A DNA stretch of 64,000 nucleotides, taken from positions 1-64,000 of the IMG/VR virus record IMGVR_UViG_3300011113_000649; one strand, written 5' to 3'. Positions 61,586-64,000 of the stretch are shown piece by piece. The position numbers were made by a program, and so were the translations under genes. Source of the stretch: a virus. The notes under the pieces were generated by a model. It was not told where the DNA came from. It saw nothing but the letters and a program-made list of their open reading frames with translations, and made no database searches. Positions within the stretch are counted from its first letter, which is position 1, and each line of letters opens with the position of its first letter.

Positions 61586-62672
61586 GATAACTATTATTCC
61601 TTGTGATTGTTTGGTCTATAATTGAAGCCGTATTATTCCACGTAAAATGCTTGGCTGTTAATAGGCCATTAGGATTACTACGTACATTATTACTATACAC
61701 AAATCTCATAAGATCTACCGTTTGGTCTAATTGTGGTTGTCCTAATTTAGCCCAGCTGCCTTCTCCATGAAACCATTTTTTATCATTTGCAATTTCTGTT
61801 TCGGTAATATTTACTAAATATGCATTATCTTTAGTACAATATTCTGTATGTGCTGAATAATTAGTAGCTATTATTGGCTTATTTAAAGCCATGCTTTCTA
61901 ATATAGAATTATTCCACCCTTCTGCTCTGGACAGATAAATTCCACAATCCCCATGAAAGATATATTCTGCTAAATGATATTGTGTTGGTAGTCTGCCAAA
62001 TATTTTTATCTTATTAGCAAGTTTAGAATTTTTTGCCATACTGATCCAAAATTGTTCTTCTTCTGGTTTTAAGAACATATTATGTGGTAACAACCATAGT
62101 TCAACGTCATCATTTTCGTCGAACGCGGCATTAAATGCTTGAATTAAAAAATCGTGACCTTTTCTGTGTTCCCATTTACCTATGTGAAAAAACCTGTAAG
62201 TATTTTCTACTTTAATTTTAATTGGTAATTTAAAAATTTCTAAGTCCACAGCTAGCGGTGCAACATACACAGGCTTAGTGATATTATTTTCTTGTAAAAT
62301 TTGTTTGCCCCATTTAGAAGCAACAAAAATTCCATCGCAAGAATTTAGATGAACTTTTTCAATAGGCTTAAGTTTATCTACCTCAAAAAATGGAAATGAG
62401 TAATAGTGTCCACTGCCTATTCTAGAAGCCAAATCAAATTGATGCCAAATTTTAAGACACGGAGCTTTATAGTCAAAATTTTGAGCATTACTGACTACTT
62501 TTTGTAGAAGCCCCTTTTCTGTTTCAGAATTTATTTCTATTTGGTCCCCACCCATAGGGAATAGGCTGACATCTATATTAAGATCAACTAATTTTTTTAA
62601 TATATTCAGAGACGTAATACCATAACCAGTTTTGCCTATGGCACAACTTAGATTTAATTTTTTAGATATCAT
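61551..62672 (-). CDS. GT-B (GT4-like) glycosyltransferase
   Basis: GKWEHRKG, SRAEGWNNSILESMA, PIIATNYS. Confidence 0.85.
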   Translation of the reverse strand: MISKKLNLSCAIGKTGYGITSLNILKKLVDLNIDVSLFPMGGDQIEINSETEKGLLQKVVSNAQNFDYKAPCLKIWHQFDLASRIGSGHYYSFPFFEVDKLKPIEKVHLNSCDGIFVASKWGKQILQENNITKPVYVAPLAVDLEIFKLPIKIKVENTYRFFHIGKWEHRKGHDFLIQAFNAAFDENDDVELWLLPHNMFLKPEEEQFWISMAKNSKLANKIKIFGRLPTQYHLAEYIFHGDCGIYLSRAEGWNNSILESMALNKPIIATNYSAHTEYCTKDNAYLVNITETEIANDKKWFHGEGSWAKLGQPQLDQTVDLMRFVYSNNVRSNPNGLLTAKHFTWNNTASIIDQTITRNNSYHANPRKKTKRR

Positions 62673-63781
62673 TTTTCGTAAACTTTATTGTGTGTGTTAT
62701 TCACTTGTATAAATGTTGTTTTTTTACCAAAATCTTTAATTTTGTTAGCTCCTATATATGTACAGGAGCTTCTTAATCCGCCATAAATATCTTGTATTAC
62801 TTCTTCTGCCATGCCTTTATATGGGACAATAACGCATTTGCCTTCGGCTGTTCTATATTTTGCAACTCCGTTGTGGTGTTTATTCATAGCATCTTTGCTA
62901 CTCATACCATAATATTTTAGTGATACTTTTCTTTTTTTATGGTCTAATCCGCCGGGATCAAACGGTTGCCATCCTCCACTACGCATTGCATATTCGTATT
63001 TCCATTCTCCTTCACATTCGTCGCATCCTGCAAACATACTGCCAAGCATTACAAAATCACTATTACCACCAAAAGCTTTACAAACATCTCCAACTACTTT
63101 GCATCCGCCATCGCTACAAATGTGACCACCAAGACCATGAGCGGCATCTGCACATTCCATTACAGCACTCAGTTGGGGGTATCCGACGCCAGTTTTTAAA
63201 CGGGTGGTACACACACTACCTGACCCTATACCAACCTTGACTATATCAACTTTGCCATGAATAATAAGTTCCTCGACCATTTCTTGAGTTACCACATTTC
63301 CGGCCATAAGAATAATTTCTGGAAATAATTTTCTTATATGTGTGGCTGTTTTTACGAACTGTTCAGTATAACCATTTGCTACATCCAAACATACGTTGGG
63401 AATATAAAATCCACTAGCTTTAATAGTATTTAGTACTATTTCTAGTTTATCTATATCTTTTTTAGACGTACCGGTAGAATAGAATATTAAATTTTTATTA
63501 CTACCATGATCGCAGTAAAAATTGATTAAATCGTCGTGATCATAATGTTTATGTAAACAAGTAATTGCGTTGTGATCGCTTAGAGATTTGGCCATATATA
63601 GAGTACCCACCGTATCCATATTTGCTACCATGATAGGAACACAAGACAATTCTCTGGGGCTATGTACGAATTTAAATGCTCTAATCAAATCCACCTCGGA
63701 CCTACTATTGAGGGTGGACCTTTTTGGTCTGATTAATACATCGTCGAAATCTAACTTTGTTTCATTAATGATTTTTTGCAT
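62669..63781 (-). CDS. guaC: GMP reductase
   Basis: LDFDDVLIRPKRS, ANMDTVG, DVANGY, GIGSGSVCTTR, SDGG, YGMSS. Confidence 0.93.
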   Translation of the reverse strand: MQKIINETKLDFDDVLIRPKRSTLNSRSEVDLIRAFKFVHSPRELSCVPIMVANMDTVGTLYMAKSLSDHNAITCLHKHYDHDDLINFYCDHGSNKNLIFYSTGTSKKDIDKLEIVLNTIKASGFYIPNVCLDVANGYTEQFVKTATHIRKLFPEIILMAGNVVTQEMVEELIIHGKVDIVKVGIGSGSVCTTRLKTGVGYPQLSAVMECADAAHGLGGHICSDGGCKVVGDVCKAFGGNSDFVMLGSMFAGCDECEGEWKYEYAMRSGGWQPFDPGGLDHKKRKVSLKYYGMSSKDAMNKHHNGVAKYRTAEGKCVIVPYKGMAEEVIQDIYGGLRSSCTYIGANKIKDFGKKTTFIQVNNTHNKVYEK

Positions 63782-63823
63782 TTGTTTTTTTGCCTAAAGA
63801 TAATCTATTAAAATCAAATAAGT

Positions 63824-64000
63824 TTATAAGGTAAAAAATCTCCACCTGTTATAATATTCTATTTCTGCGTCTGTGTGTATATGCTGTAGATAGTTTTTAA
63901 CCTCTAGCCAAGTAGAAAATATCATTTGGTGTGGGATAGTACCAAACAACCAATCTGGAGTTTGACTTTTTCCCTGCTCCATATGAACAATAATTGGTTT
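63824..64000 (-). CDS. Partial gene (3' end), possibly nucleoside 2-deoxyribosyltransferase-like
   Basis: Open frame KPIIVHMEQGKSQTPDWLFG...RWRFFTL* running off the window. Confidence 0.45.
   Translation of the reverse strand, partial: KPIIVHMEQGKSQTPDWLFGTIPHQMIFSTWLEVKNYLQHIHTDAEIEYYNRWRFFTL

Noticed and set aside
1-64000. Stop-codon recoding, DGR/reverse transcriptase, tRNAs
   Set aside because: Genes tile densely under the standard code with all three stops used; no RT motifs, template/variable repeat pair or cloverleaf seen

Overview
AT-rich segment of a large lytic dsDNA tailed phage (Caudoviricetes, probably a siphovirus-type tail; no capsid, terminase or portal in the window). The + strand (1-28494) is a virion module: fibre-like protein, glycan-modifying enzymes, head-tail joining proteins, major tail protein, chaperones, a 3244-aa tape measure protein, two paralogous tail-hub proteins and tail-tip proteins. 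The - strand (28503-64000) holds a replication/recombination set (DnaE split into two intein-free genes around a DnaQ exonuclease, DnaB, primase, RecA-like, SSB, Cas4-like nuclease), nucleotide metabolism (class II RNR, dCMP deaminase, dNMP kinase, GMP reductase, PhoH), glycosyltransferases, ClpP, a sigma factor, and an apparently late operon of membrane proteins around a papain-like protease. Best leads: (1) two GC-rich cassettes whose junctions fall inside virion genes, each pairing a virion-protein domain with a glycosyltransferase-like gene next to a DDE-Tyr(n)-G tag; (2) a papain-protease/membrane-protein operon as a candidate non-canonical lysis system; (3) a tape measure protein with repeated GG linkers flanking putative cargo domains; (4) the intein-free split DnaE. 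No tRNA, rRNA or CRISPR array was seen. All calls rest on motif recognition by eye; no searches were run.
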